A stretch of 64,000 bases of DNA from Intoshia linei (lineage: Eukaryota; Animalia; Orthonectida): assembly GCA_001642005.1 (NCBI GenBank), contig LWCA01000006.1, positions 1-64,000 on the forward strand, given 5' to 3'. A model generated the notes under the pieces. That model saw nothing but the letters and a program-made list of their open reading frames with translations, was not told the origin of the DNA and did no database searches. Made by a program: the position numbers and the translations under genes. Shown here piece by piece: positions 32,001 to 44,830 of this stretch. Positions within the stretch are counted from its first letter, which is position 1; each line of letters starts with the position of its first letter.

Positions 32001-35000
32001 GCAGTGGAAAATTTAAACCTTGCTTTTGATATCGCTGATAAAAAACTTGGACTTGTGCGACTATTGGACGCCGAAGGTTAGAAATTATAATGTATAATCC
32101 CTTATCACGACGGGATAATTAATGGCCCATAATTATAATGTTAAGATATGATTATAATGATATGATTTGAACAACGATTAAATCATTAATCGGAATTTAA
32201 AATTTTTAACATAAAAACTAATAATCCTTACTTATATAATATGCTACGCGATTTATGTTTGTGTGCGTGTGTTCCATTTTATTGAAATAACTACCAGTCT
32301 TAGAATTTTATAAAGTCCACATTTCAATTACATATTTTTCCGGGACATATAATAAGATAAATTTCAAACTGACATCTTACAGGTCAAAAACCCCAATTGT
32401 CCTTTATTTTGAAAATCAAACAACTTGGAAAATCTAAAAAAATATATACGGTGATACGGATTTTAGAATCATAAATTTAAATTTAAAAAAATTATATCTT
32501 CAGGGCCAAAACCACAAATTACCCTTTTTTTATAACGAAAACAGCCCTAGAATTTAAACAAATTTACAGATTGTACAGTTGTATCCTGTTAACACACAAA
32601 ATTTTCAATCCGAATAAGTAATGACTTCACGGTCAAAAAAGTATTTTAGTATTCATATATAAATTTTTGAAAATCCGATTATTCGAAATATATTTTGATT
32701 GTAAGCGATTAACCGGGTTTTATATGATTAACCGATTATACCGAGAGACCTCTTCGTCTTTTTTACTTTTTTTGTAAATTCCCACAACTGACTAAATGTG
32801 TTTTAAATCCATTTTCTCATATTCTACGTTGAAAAATTTAGTAAAGAGGAGGTAGAATCCTTTTATAACGCTGATGTGAATAAGCTTAAGAATCAGTGCT
32901 CTGTAGTAATTCTTTTTAGTTTTTTAATATAATTAAAATTTTAATTAGATGTTGCTATTGATGTGCCTGATGACAAAAGTATTCTGACCTATATTGTAAC
33001 CCTTTACCATTACTTTTCAAAGACCAAAAGTGACAACGTGTATAGTAAACGAATCGGAAAAGTAATTTCGATATTTCGATTTTAAAATTATTTTTGTAAA
33101 GGTTATTGGTCAACAAATTGAAATTGCGAAAAAATGTAATAATTACGAAATTTTGATTGAACAATTATTGAAATGGATCCAAGAAAAGATTAAAGAATTT
33201 GATAATATGGAACTGGCCAACAATTTAAAAAGTTTAGTAGTGCAATTATCAGATTTCATGACTTATATTAAAACTGTCAAACCTGAAAAGTAATTGTAAA
33301 CTACATTTTTTTATTTTATTTAAATTTTAGATACAATGAAATTAGTAATGTAGAATCGCTTTTATTTTCGATTCAGAGTTTTTTAAGCTACAGAAAACAA
33401 AAACCGTACATTTGTAAACCTGGCCACGCAATTTTGGATTTATTTAATGCTTGGGAAAAATTAGAATTGTCTGAGTACCATTATGAATTGAGGGTTCATC
33501 AAGAAATGATTAAGTAATTATTTGTTTAATTCAATTTTGTAAATATATTATTAAATTTTAGACAAGAAAAATTAAATCGATTAGCGACTAGGTTTGATAA
33601 TAAGGCATCCATTCGAGAGGCTTGGTTAGCAGAAAATCAAAGATTGGTTTTGGAGGAAAGTTTTGTAAATGATAAATATTCATCTTGTGATTCAGCAATT
33701 AAAAAACACGAAGCAATGGAAACTGATATTAAAACGTTCCAAGAAAGAATCCAAACAATTGTTATTATCTCTGATCAACTTTGCCATGATCAATATTATG
33801 ATACTGACCGTATTTTATCTAGGTAATTTTCATTGATTTATCCACAATGTTGAATATTTCAATTTTCATTGGGTTTCTGTATAAGAATACTTTGATATAA
33901 TGTTGATAAAATATGATTCAATTAATACGTATTTTTATTAAAGAGGGTTGACTGTATTAGGCTTTAATTCATTGATTCGATTTCAAATAGTGTACGTCCG
34001 TACACTGCCCCATTTCAAAATATTTATTTTTTTTGGTCGCAAATAAACATGATAAAATGAAAGGTTTTTTCTCATAAAATTTGGTAAATCGTGTTTTTCA
34101 AAAAAAAATTTCAAAAAAATATAGGTAAAAGTCGATTTTTTCCTGAGTGTTTGAAATGGTTTTTTTTATTAAATTTTATTTATGGTGGGATAAAAGTGTG
34201 ATTTTTGAAATAATAATGTAGAGATCGTCAGAGGTGGCGAAAGTGCGGTCTTCTGAACATATATTTATTAATTAATTTTTTTTATTTATTATATTATTAA
34301 AATATTAATTTTTGGTAAAATAAGATTTTTCAGCAAAATATTGGTAAAAGCGGTGTTTTCCTTAAGGGTTAGTAAAATTTGGTTTTTTCTTTTGGGATGA
34401 GATGGATGGATTTTTTCCCTTAAGGTTTGGTAAAATTTTGTTTTTTTTCATAAAATTTTACTAAATTGAATAAAATATGCTAAAAATTTATTATTTACCC
34501 CTAATAAAATTAATTACCTCTTGGGTCACCAATAATCCCCATGAAAAGCACTGCTGTATTTGATTAAATTTTATTTAGAAAGGTGCGGCCTAATTAATTT
34601 TATATTTTTTTTAGAAAAGACAACATTATGCGTTTGTGGAATTATTTATTAACCTTAGTAGAAAAGCGTCACCTTCGAATAGAAATGTTGATAAAAATTC
34701 GTGATTTGAACCAGAAAATTGGATCCATTATAAACATTATATTTTCTCTATCAAAACAATTACAAAGTAACGATACCGTGGATTTTACAGATGATATGTT
34801 AGAACGTCACACACAAGTAGAATCAGATATTAGAGCATTATTAAAAAAATATGAACAAGTAAAAAGCAATATCAAATCAGTAATAAATGAACTTGACAGT
34901 TATATTGCGGAAAAAAAAGATAGTGACGATACATTTGTAGACTCGTTCCACGAAGTAAAATTAGAATCTGAAGAGGAAAATAAAAATTCAAATGTGAAAA

Positions 35001-38000
35001 TTCCAGACGTCAGAGAGTTTATAAACCAAAAGAAATATTTACTGGACCGCAAAGAAGACGTTGACCAGGCTTGGACTTCCATGTGTGCATTGTTCACAAA
35101 TCAAGGTAAAAACTTGTCAAATTTAAAATTTAAGTGGCAGTTTTTACAAGAATTGCAAATTAAAAAGGAATATATCAATGAAACAATGCTAATTGTTTTA
35201 AATTATGGTACACATTACGACGATGAAACTGTTTGCAAAACTGAGCTGAGTCTAATAAAGTACACTGAATCTGAAAATAAAACGTTATATGTTGAATTGG
35301 AAAATTTATTTAATTTATTGAATGAAAACGAAACTTTAAGTGACACTGATTTAAACGATGTTAATAAAGAAATTGGTGTTGTAAAGAAGTTGTGGAAAGA
35401 ACTGAGAGAAATTGTAAATAAAAAAAAAGATGAACTTGGTGCTGTGTTGGGTATAAAAGAGTATATAAATGAGATTATGGAAACATACAGTATTATGAGT
35501 GGATATTTGCAAGAAGTGTCACATAAAGCTAAAACAAACGTGGTTGATCTTTCCAAGGAGCAAAAATTGTTGGATGAGAATATTTTTTACTCTAAAAGTC
35601 TTTCGAAAAAGTTTGATTTGCAAAAACAAAATTTTATCAATTTAGAAAAGAAAAAATCTTTGTTAAATCCTTCTTTGATATTAAAATATGGCATTGAGGC
35701 TCATTTGAACAAGTGTGATAAAATTGTGCAAATTTGTGAGACTACAATTAAAGCGTATACTGACCATTTGATTGGTTTTAAAGATTTTTATACTATTCTG
35801 GATGAACACGATATTGTGTATTCTTGGATAACGAGTAAATGTAACATTGTTAACGAAATATTGAATTCTTTCAATATAAAAGAAGTTGACGACTTAGAAA
35901 CAATGTTAACCGTTCAGAACAGTTATACATTATTAAATCACCTAAAGTGCTTGAATATGCTAAGTGATCAAATTAATCAAAAATTTTTAAATATGGACCT
36001 AATCGATAATCGGATCAATCAGTTGAATAACAATGTGACAAAACAAGACAAAATATTTACTGATGAAAATTTGTCAAACGTTGGCAAGAATTCTGTTAAC
36101 TATTTGAACAATTCAACCAAGGGTGTTAGGAAACGCTTGACCGGTCTTCAAGAAATTGTTGTAAAGGGAAAAACAGACTTGTTTTATTTACAATCTATTG
36201 TATCTTGGATTTTAAATTCTAACCATTTGAAAAAAGTTATACGCGATAAACTCGACATTACGAATCAGCAAGATGATTCCAATAAGTTAAAAACTGCCAT
36301 AGATATGGAGAAAAGGTCTGGAGGTTTGGAGGAAAATATATCTTCCATCAGCAAAACTGTAAATTTACATTTCGATGAATCTGACAAGTTAGCTTTTAAT
36401 AATAACGAAAATTTGTCTCAAAATTATTCCAATATTTATGAAAATTATGTTAAACCAAGCAAATCGGAAATTATGGATTTGTTAAATAAATTAACAGATG
36501 CGTTGAGTCAAAATGAGTGGTGGATATGTGAAGCCAAAAAACTGAAAAAAATTATGGATAGTATAAATGCTTTGAATTTATCTTTGAATGAAGTGAATAG
36601 TAAAATTTACTGTATCAATGTTAACTCTGAAGAAATTTTAGAAGAGTCAAATTTCACGTCCAAGATAATGGATTTAAAACTTGAAAATGATAAAAATAAT
36701 GAAATTGAGTTGGAATTTGAAAGTGATGTAGATAATTTGAATAAAATTAAATTTGATCGACGTAATATTGAAATTCAAGAATTTCTCCCAGAATTAAACT
36801 CTTTGGACAATGAAATAACTGCAATTTCATCAAAAACTGATACAATCAACGAAAAAATTGAAACATTTAAAAGTCTCTACCCGCAGCTAATACGACTTTA
36901 CCAATTTTATAAAAATTTTAAACAACAGGAAAATTTTATTAAGAAATGCAGTAGAGTCTATAATTACGACATTAGTCCAATAAAATCAATCGATGTGGTT
37001 GAAAACATGTTGAATGAATATAAAAAGTTTAATGAAGCAAATTCACCAAATTATCAAAATTTGGATAATATTATTGATGAAACCATCCAGAAGGAATCTG
37101 CACAGGACGAATTTGATTTTTGTTTCAAAGATAAAGAGGAAAGTAAATTGAATGATTTAATTAATTTGCGAAATCAATGTAAAGAAGATTCCAAGAATTA
37201 TAAAAATTTACTGACTGTGAAACTGAAATGGTTGTTATTTTTAGAAAATTCTGATAATATCCATGATTATATTGATGATAAAATTGAGTACGTCAAAGAC
37301 TTGGATTTGTCTAAAAATGACGAAAATTTGATTAAAAATTACAGATTTCTCAAAACTACTGTAAAAGATATTGAATACAACACAATTAATTTCAATAATC
37401 TTTCACGCGATAGCGATATTCTTGGTAAAGAGTACCCCGAATTAAAAAATGATTTAAATGCGGAAATTGATAAAATTGGTCAAAAATATACACGTTTAAA
37501 TGGTCTGATTGAAGATAGAAATCAAAAGTATTACGATTTAAATAGAGATGTTATTTTGACTGAAAACTGTCAAGACATTGAAAAATGGATAGAATGCGTT
37601 GAAAACAATGAAAATGTAGAATGTGGTGCTTATGATGATCGAGGGGATTTAAATAATTTAATGCTGCAACAAAAAGTATATTTAAGTTGATTTGTTCATT
37701 TTAAATTTATAGGAAATTGAAAACGAATATACCATTAAATGTACAGGTATAAATCATTTATTAGCAGAATGTGACAAGATAGATAATGATGGCAAACAGG
37801 CAGATTTACAGGATAGGTGCAGAACTATCAAAGAAAAGTTGTGGTGTATAATGGATTATAATGTTTACTTTAGATTAAATACGTTGGATGAACCTTTAAA
37901 GACAAAACGTAATGATATCGAATCATCTAGAAATATTAAATGTATCAATCGAGAATTGACTGAAATTGAAAAGTGGATAGATTTTAAAAATCAAAATTTG

Positions 38001-41000
38001 AACGATATTCAACCGGGTAATTTTATTTTTATATTGAAAATGTTTAAATATATACATTTTAAGAAGACTGCTATTTTTAATTCAATATTAAAATCGTTCT
38101 GATAATGATTCTATTGTTATACTACATTATCCTAACTTGTGTTACATTTATGTTATCTATATACGTCAAATTTTAAAAATTATTATTTATTTAAATATGC
38201 AATATGTATTTTATTATATTAAATAACAACTGTATCGACATGAAATCTATCTATATTTAAGGTAAGAGTTTATTATTAGCCCTTTTATGATATTTTGTAA
38301 ATTGAACTTTTTTTCTGACTCAACCGCGGCACTGTACCCAAATCTAAGTGTCCAGCAAAAAATTTTTGTTAATTTGTCGTTATTTTATAAACATTTAAGT
38401 TTATTTGATAGTAAGGTATACAACTCATAAGCCATGAAGCTATACAGTGAATCAACAGTATTAATGGGGTTGGTAATGACTTGAATTTTCAGTATTAAAA
38501 TCTACCGTACCTTTTCTATGGGCGTCTACTTAAATCCAACCATTTTACTAAAAATCAAAATTTATCTATCATGTGATTATGATAATTATGGTAAAACTGG
38601 AACTTTTCTGATTTGACGATTCTCCAATGTGACATATATTTGTTCTGTCTCTTAGACTGAGAGTGTCAGTGCACTTAGATCTGTACTTTATCATATTTTT
38701 TAAGAGAGTGGTTTCCGATTCAAATAGTGTACAAATGCAAATAAACCCATTTCAAAATATTTATATTTTTTTTGGACTTCAAAGGAAACATGAAATATAA
38801 AAAAATTATGAAGATACGAAATTTTTTTTCTCATAAGGTTTGATAAAATTGTATTTTTTATTTTGGGTTTTAGATTAAAAAATTGTTACTTTTAAGATAT
38901 GGCAAAATCGGATTTTTCAAAAAAATATCGGTAAAAGTCGATTTTTTCCTGAGGGGTGAAAATGGTATTTTTATTAAATTTTATTAATTATGCGATCAAA
39001 AGTGGGATTTTTGAAATAATAATATAGCAGTCGTATAGGGTCTAGACTCTAGACTGTGGGATAAATTCTAAACATTTGGTAACTCTAATAAGTATTTAAA
39101 ATTCTATAAAAATAAACAAAAGTTTATAAAATTTTTTTTATGTTTTATTTGAATCTCACGGACCCCAGACATATAGTTTTGGACTCCAATTTGGAACCAC
39201 TGGTTCTGCCGAATTTTCTGAAACTCGAACATTAAATTTCCACCAAATTAATCCGAGCGCATACACGAACTTTTAAAATCTTGTCAACACGTTGCCAATT
39301 TTGTTTTCGGTTGTGTCGAATCGTGTTACAGACCTCAACCTAATGCGTTTAGTGCAAATTTTAGAAAATGTAATTAAAAATACTGGCAATGTCGGGATCG
39401 GGTGACCACCATGTTATGTAGCTTATTATTAATTAAAATTGCGCTGAAGCACCCTAGAAAATTCTTTAATCAAAGTTAAATTCCTATATGTGAAAATCAA
39501 CTAAATATTGTTGATGAATGGAAACATTAACTTTGACGACAATTCGATCTTTCCTTCGATTTTTTTTTGAAATTTTTATGGGTATCGAAAATAAATTTAT
39601 TAATTTCTATTTTGTAACAAGTATATAATAAAGTATGTTAATTTGTATTAATTAAAATTTAGATATTACATCAACAAATTTGCCTAGCCAGAAAAATTTA
39701 CTCATGTCTGTAAAAAACGATATAGAAGTTATGGAGCCTAGATATCAAGATTTATTAAAGGATTTTGAAAACAAACCAGCTTTATATAAAAAATCTCAAG
39801 AACTAAAAAGCAAGTGGGAAAATTTGAAAAATGAATACAAAGAAAAAGGTGCAAATTACGACAAAGTTAAAAATGTAAAATGTATAATTGATGACATGAA
39901 TGAAATACATTTGACGCTTAATGATCATAACGAAGGGTTGCCTGATTCTGGTTCTTGTAAAGATAAAAAAAGTGCACTTAAAGCCTTAAATGACATACAC
40001 ACATCAAAATCTAAAGTTGATTCATTAAACCCAGAAATTAGAAAAATGTCCTTAATTCTCGACGAATCGGAGGATCTCACTGATTATAGGTTTTGATACA
40101 TTTTAATGACTAGTTTAAAATAATTTTTTTACATTTTTAATTATTATTTAGAGATAAATTAAACGATGACTTGAATAATATATACACGCTACAAAAGGAT
40201 GTGTCTACCAGAATGATACAAAGGGAAAGTCAAATTTACTTTTTATTGGAAATGTTTGATTTGATGAACAGTTTTGAAAAATTTATTTCTTGGGTAGAAA
40301 GCCAAGAAAAGTATGCCAACCCTCAAGACGTCGGGAGAGATTATGAACATGCTATTGTATTTTATTATTATTTTAAAAATACTTATATATATTTAGTTGA
40401 TTTTGGAACATTTTGATGTATTTATAAAGACAAATACTTCGATTGGTTATGAAAAATTGACACATTTAAAAAAGTGTTTGCTAAGTTTGATTACACCCAA
40501 TTCTGACGTGTTTGATAATGGCGGATTTATTAAAGACTATGATGAAAAATTGACTGATATGCTGAATTCACTCTCAGAAGAGACCCTCGACGCTCACAGT
40601 TCTTTGTTAGTAGATAGATCATCAGAAGTATTTGACGATCTTTTAGAGTTGATGGCAAACCGTCGTCACATTTTGGAATTGTCTTTAGAATTTAACCATT
40701 ATTTATACTTGTGTGACTTGGCTTTGGATAAGTGCATGGAGAAAATGGAATTTTTCAGAAAATTAAAGCATAATGGTATTAACATTTTAAACACTCAAAA
40801 AAAACACAAAATTTACGTTAAGGATTTAAAACCCATTGAATTGTTTGTCGAAGGGTGTAACGAAAAGTATCATTCGTTGGTCGATCAATACTCTAATGGT
40901 AAAGAAGCTATAATAAAAGACAAAATAAAAATGGTAAATGACGCCTGGGCTGCTCTAATGAAAATGATAAACGAAAGAACTAGCAAACTGTCAGGTTCCG

Positions 41001-42202
41001 CTGATTTGCTGTGGTTTTTTAGGAAAATTGACGAATTGATCGAATGGAGCCGTCTCAAAAATGATGAAATTGTTAATATGAACGCCTCAAAGAAATTTTT
41101 TAGTAATGACGAAATATTGGAAATTAATAAACTTTTGCTGAGCCATAGCATGAATAAAAATTATATCGAATGTTACGAACAGTTCTTTATTATGGTGAGT
41201 AGCACTGGAAAAACTCTGTTAACTGCATTTCCAGATAACGCTGAAAAAATTTATAACAAATTAACAACACTGTGTTCCGTAAAAGTCGATTTAATGGTAA
41301 ATTGGCACTCTAAGCAGAATGAGCTCAAATATTTGTACGAAATTTACAAGTTTTTCCGAGAAATATTACAAGTCAATACTTGGCTAGAAAAAAAAAATAT
41401 TTTGGTTCGTTCAGACGATTACGGCGAGACTTTAAAAATCGTGGAAGAAATGTTGATGGAACATGAAAATTTGGAAACGGACATGAATTATATGGGGGAC
41501 AAATTTAATAAAATTAAAAAAGAAACCCAATATGAAAAAGACGAGAATGCATTGCATGAAAAAATTGAGAAAAATTATAAATTTTTTGCATCTAAATATA
41601 AACAATTGTACGTCCCAGATTGGTCCAAAAATTTAGTCAAGACTGAAGTGAAACCTGAAAAACCCCCAAAAATGTCTGTGAATAAAGACCACGAATCCAC
41701 GCATTCCAGTGAAATACAGTCCATGTTTTCCAGCGTTAACCAGAGTGTTAAATTGAGTGTCCTCAGAAAATGCGTCAAAGCTTCTAATGGACGAAAATCG
41801 TCGAATCGTTCTTGGGAAAAAGTTGAAATATCATTAGAAAATGGTATATTATCAACTTACAAAGATATCAAACACGCCAAGAGTAATATTTACTTTAAAA
41901 ATGAAGAACCTTTAATTATATACCAATCCAATTCTGAAATTGCCAACGATTATTCCAAACGACCCCACGTAATACGCTTGAGTTTGACCAACGAAGCCAC
42001 ATATCTTTATAAGTGTTCTACTACTGACGAAATGCAATTGCTGTTAATGAATTTGAATCAACACGCTACTATTCGACCATCTAAAGATTCCATTGGTCGA
42101 TCCATTAGCGTGAAAAGAGAAGATTCTGAAAAGAACGAAAACTTTAGCAAGGACGACTCTAAAAGAAAAAGTTTTTTTTCGAAAAATAAGAAAAAAAAAT
42201 AA
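26041..42202 (+). CDS. SPTBN: Beta-spectrin (about 16 exons, roughly 2400 aa): tandem CH actin-binding domain, spectrin repeats, C-terminal PH domain
   Basis: [87 protein letters not shown], and PH motifs SNRSWEK and [11 protein letters not shown]. Confidence 0.95.
29355..30619 (-). mobile_element. Degenerate Tc1 element with terminal inverted repeats in spectrin intron 3
   Basis: TIR CAGTTGTGGACAAAAAAAGT at 29355 and CAGTTGTGAACAAAAA (reverse complement) ending at 30619, followed by TA. Motifs VIWSDESKI and [15 protein letters not shown]. Confidence 0.88.
30723..30760. repeat. Perfect 38-bp palindrome
   Basis: TAATGCGGCTCTTCTATTA is followed immediately by its exact reverse complement TAATAGAAGAGCCGCATTA. 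Confidence 0.95.
32224..32675 (+). mobile_element. Non-autonomous Helitron-like repeat in spectrin intron
   Basis: Starts A|TCCTTACTTATATAATATGC followed by a TGTG microsatellite; same family as 90-415 and 61450-62151. Confidence 0.65.
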
Positions 42203-42704
42203 AAATTTTTGATTAATTTTGTTAAAATAATTATACTATTGAACAAATCTTACAATGTTTTGTTCTTATTATACGAATCAATTAACCTAATTTTTATGAT
42301 CTGTTTCGTGTTGGGATATTGGATTTCTATAGTATTTCAAATATTGAAAGCATTAATTTATTAACTAAATATATTTTGTCGCTAAATGCATCAAAATTAC
42401 ATTATTTTATTATTTGTTTACAGAAAAAGTAATTCATAAGTATAGGCTTTCAGTAATTTATTTAGTTTTATATTATAGGTAATTTTTAAAATTTCATTTA
42501 CTAGTTTAATATGAAAATTTAATTTAAATTATAAATCAGCAAGCCTTAATTCACGATTAATCTTGAATTTTAATTTGTATATTTTATCAAAATCGATTTA
42601 TTACATATTTATATCCACATATCATTTCAAGATCAATATTTAAAAATAAAAACATAATTAACATTTAGTAGATAATTCAAAATTTTCAAGTTACTGAAAT
42701 CAAC

Positions 42705-43380
42705 ATGGGATGTTTTTCTTCTAAAAAAGAAACAGTTGAAAATTTAACCACTAAATCCAACAGTTTTGGAAACGTTAAAAAAGTGGATCCTCGTTTGGAG
42801 TTTGAATCCTATCGCCAGTTATTTAATACTAAAAACACTTGGAAAGCAATTTGTCGCCAATTAGAGTCTAATTCCAAGCAAAATTTGATAGAGTAAAAGA
42901 TATTATCTTGTTTAATTCATGTATTTTATTTAGACTTCTTATTGAGCATCCCGAATATGAGGATCTATACCCTAGCATTAAAGATATTGACCCAAACACA
43001 TACTTTACTAACACTACGTTTGAGAACGTATCTCTTAAGTTTTACAACACGTTGGATTTAGCGATGGACTATATAGACAATAACGTTGACAAGTGTATTG
43101 AGATTCTTAATAATGAAGCCGAAAATATGAAGAATTTATCTTTTCCAGCCATATATTTATTGGTATTTGATTTAATTTGAAAAAATTTATACATTTTTAG
43201 CACATGGAAAAATCTTTCCTTAAGGCAGCTCAAATTTGTTTAGAAGATCGATTCACTCAACAAGCTAAAAATAACTTGACAGTGTTGTATCATTTTATCA
43301 AATCGACAATGATACCCATATTAGATAAAAATTCTCCACTTAAATTAGAAGAAATTAACATTGAACATAAAAATTCCTAA
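42705..43380 (+). CDS. N-acylated globin (globin X-like), 198 aa (exons 42705-42892, 42934-43162, 43201-43380)
   Basis: MGCFSSKK myristoylation/palmitoylation motif, A-helix Trp (KNTWKAI), HP at C1-C2, and globin helix pattern. The two introns fall at the canonical B12.2 and G7.0 positions. Confidence 0.85.
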
Positions 43381-44167
43381 TACGTTATTGCACGTAATAA
43401 CATTTTTCCTAATTAAATTTAAACTATAAATATATTTTTACACAAACTTGTATCTTATGTTTAAAATTTAAATTTCCATCATCGACTTTAAAATGGTCTG
43501 GGATCATGATTAAACTTAAACATGACAAAATTTTAGGTTTTATTACTAATACGGTAAAATCCGCTTTTTTGGTTTTTTAATAATGTAATACTCATCTCAT
43601 CATTCAGTACATCATTTAAAAAATGCGGCCTATATTTATATAAAGTGGAGACATAAACCACTTTCAGAAACAGTGATTCAAATGCTTTTAATATTGCAAT
43701 TGTATAAATAATTGATAAATCTATTTATTAATTTTCACCTCTTTAGTCTATCGTTTCTAGACTGTTTATCAATTACTATCATTTTAAAATTTTTAGCTTA
43801 ATTTAATTAAAGTGCTTTGAAATATATTTTTAAGGTTAATATCCACTAACAATGCTTCAAAGTTTTGTTTCATTTAATTTAATATTTATTTATGTCTTTA
43901 TGTGGCAAAACATTTGATATAATTGTTAAATCATCAAGATAAAGCGGAAATTAATTTAAATGTTTTAAATGTAATATGTATAATAATAAATTGTGTAAAA
44001 GAAATGAACAATCTGTTATATAAATATCAATAGGAGAGATTAAAAAAATCACCTTTTTTATCAATATTAATTTAGTATTGTAGACTATATTCTATGTTTG
44101 ATATTATAAGACATTTAGGATTATATTTACAATTATTATTAACATTTTTAATCCTTTTTATGATTGA

Positions 44168-44830
44168 CTAGCTTGACAGTTATGTACATCGTACAAACAG
44201 AAGCTAGCTCTGCCGAGGGCCGATTTTTTCATTGGGTACAAACACTGAGTGTTAAATTTTAAAAACAATTTAAGTATGGCTACAAGCGTCATAAATGACA
44301 TGAAATCTATAAAAAAGTATTAAGGTAGTGTTATTCTACCGCCCTTAATAAATTTTTTAATGTAGAATAGAAATTTTAGTAGATGAGTACGATTTAAAAC
44401 TCAATTTAAATTTTGACCCGAATATCAAAAAAACAATGCCATTCTATTCTAACATGAACAATTTAATTAAAACAGAAAAAATATTTATTTTCAGATTAAC
44501 AAATTACAATATTTTGTATATTTACTGTTAGTATTTTTATTTTTTGATTATTTTATCTAGGATTTGATAACGATAAATTAGTTAAATAAATATTTACATC
44601 TTCACTTACATTTTTATGGTCAAACCCCCAAATTACCCGTTTTTTTAAAAATGAATCAAATCACAGCATTATATGAAACATACATTCTGAATAGTTTTTA
44701 AAATCATGAGTATTATGATAAATCACAACCTCAAAAACTGAAAATAAATTAAAAAATAAGACTTAAAATTAAAAAGTGACCCTCGACCTAGCTAACTGTT
44801 GTTTGTACAAAATATATAGCAGTCAAGCTA
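44168..44830. mobile_element. Two oppositely oriented Helitron 3' ends
   Basis: Minus-strand end at 44168 (hairpin TGTACGATGTACA, then CAAGCTAG|T) and plus-strand end at ~44830 (CAGTCAAGCTAG|T). A third copy lies at 54577-54630 on the minus strand. Confidence 0.7.
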
